Of a stretch of 64,000 bases of DNA, positions 63,431 through 64,000 are shown one piece after another (position 1 is the first letter of the stretch; the number at the start of each line of letters is the position of its first letter). Below the pieces are notes generated by a model, which ran no database searches, was not told where the DNA came from, and saw only the letters and a list, made by a program, of their open reading frames with translations. The stretch is from Mobula hypostoma (taxonomy: Eukaryota). The position numbers and the translations under genes were made by a program. The stretch is from contig NC_086097.1 of the NCBI RefSeq assembly GCF_963921235.1, forward strand, positions 53,446,001 through 53,510,000, written 5' to 3'.

Positions 63431-64000
63431 CTAAGATAAAATGAATACTTGAGTGACTAAATCATGTTGGAAGCTTGGATAATATAAACCTATCTTCTTA
63501 AACTAGTTGAGGGAATTAGAGACACGGGAATTGGAGGTGATTTAGTCAATCAAGACTCCACTATTCTCTAGGATTATGGGTGATTTCCAGACTATGTATC
63601 CACCATGTCCCCAATAGCTTTGGTCTAAATCTCAGCTTCAGAAATTTAAAAAATTGACCTAGCACCAACTGCAGTTATAGAAACTTCAATCTTGAAAGTT
63701 GACAAAATAAAAATAGACTAACGTTGTTTCCTTTGCATTTATACTTCCTTAATTTTATCCTCACATAAATTCTGTTGGAGCAAATTGCATTCCAGAGATG
63801 ACTTTTGGATAGTGATCTGCAAACTCCATAAGGGCAAATCTTTATTACCCGAATGGCTATAACTTGAGACACCTATCTCAAAGGCAGCACTGAAGTACTA
63901 CTGAAGCGATTGCTGCACAATAGCCATACCAACACGTTCTTTCCCAGACTGGGCAGGGGAAGGAAGAAGGAAAAAAGACAGTGTTCAAGGCCAAAGAAAT

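Noticed and set aside
63770..63873. SSYSHS on the minus strand as kinesin switch I (SSRSH)
   Set aside because: Flanking residues do not match and there are no convincing splice sites.

Overview
Repeat-rich eukaryotic DNA. The CR1, Penelope and V-SINE families suggest a cartilaginous fish, probably a ray (inference only). Most ORFs in the track are pieces of decayed retroelements: many CR1 LINEs, Rex1/Babar LINEs, RTE-type elements and derivatives, tRNA-derived V-SINEs, Penelope-like elements (PLEs) with minimal hammerhead ribozyme motifs, a Gypsy-type solo LTR and a HERO-type (RLE) LINE 3' end, often nested several levels deep. Three items stand out. (1) An old two-LTR class III (ERV-L/ERV-S-like) provirus at 32079-37016 with a tRNA-Ser-like PBS and gamma-type env remnants. 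(2) One intact KIF23-like kinesin exon on the minus strand at 63328-63430, with no other KIF23 exon recognisable. (3) A strongly base-paired HERO 3' UTR at 18427-18544 (minus) that holds all three hammerhead core segments in a non-standard, pseudoknotted order. No rRNA, true tRNA or CRISPR was found. All calls are by eye, and old-repeat boundaries are approximate.
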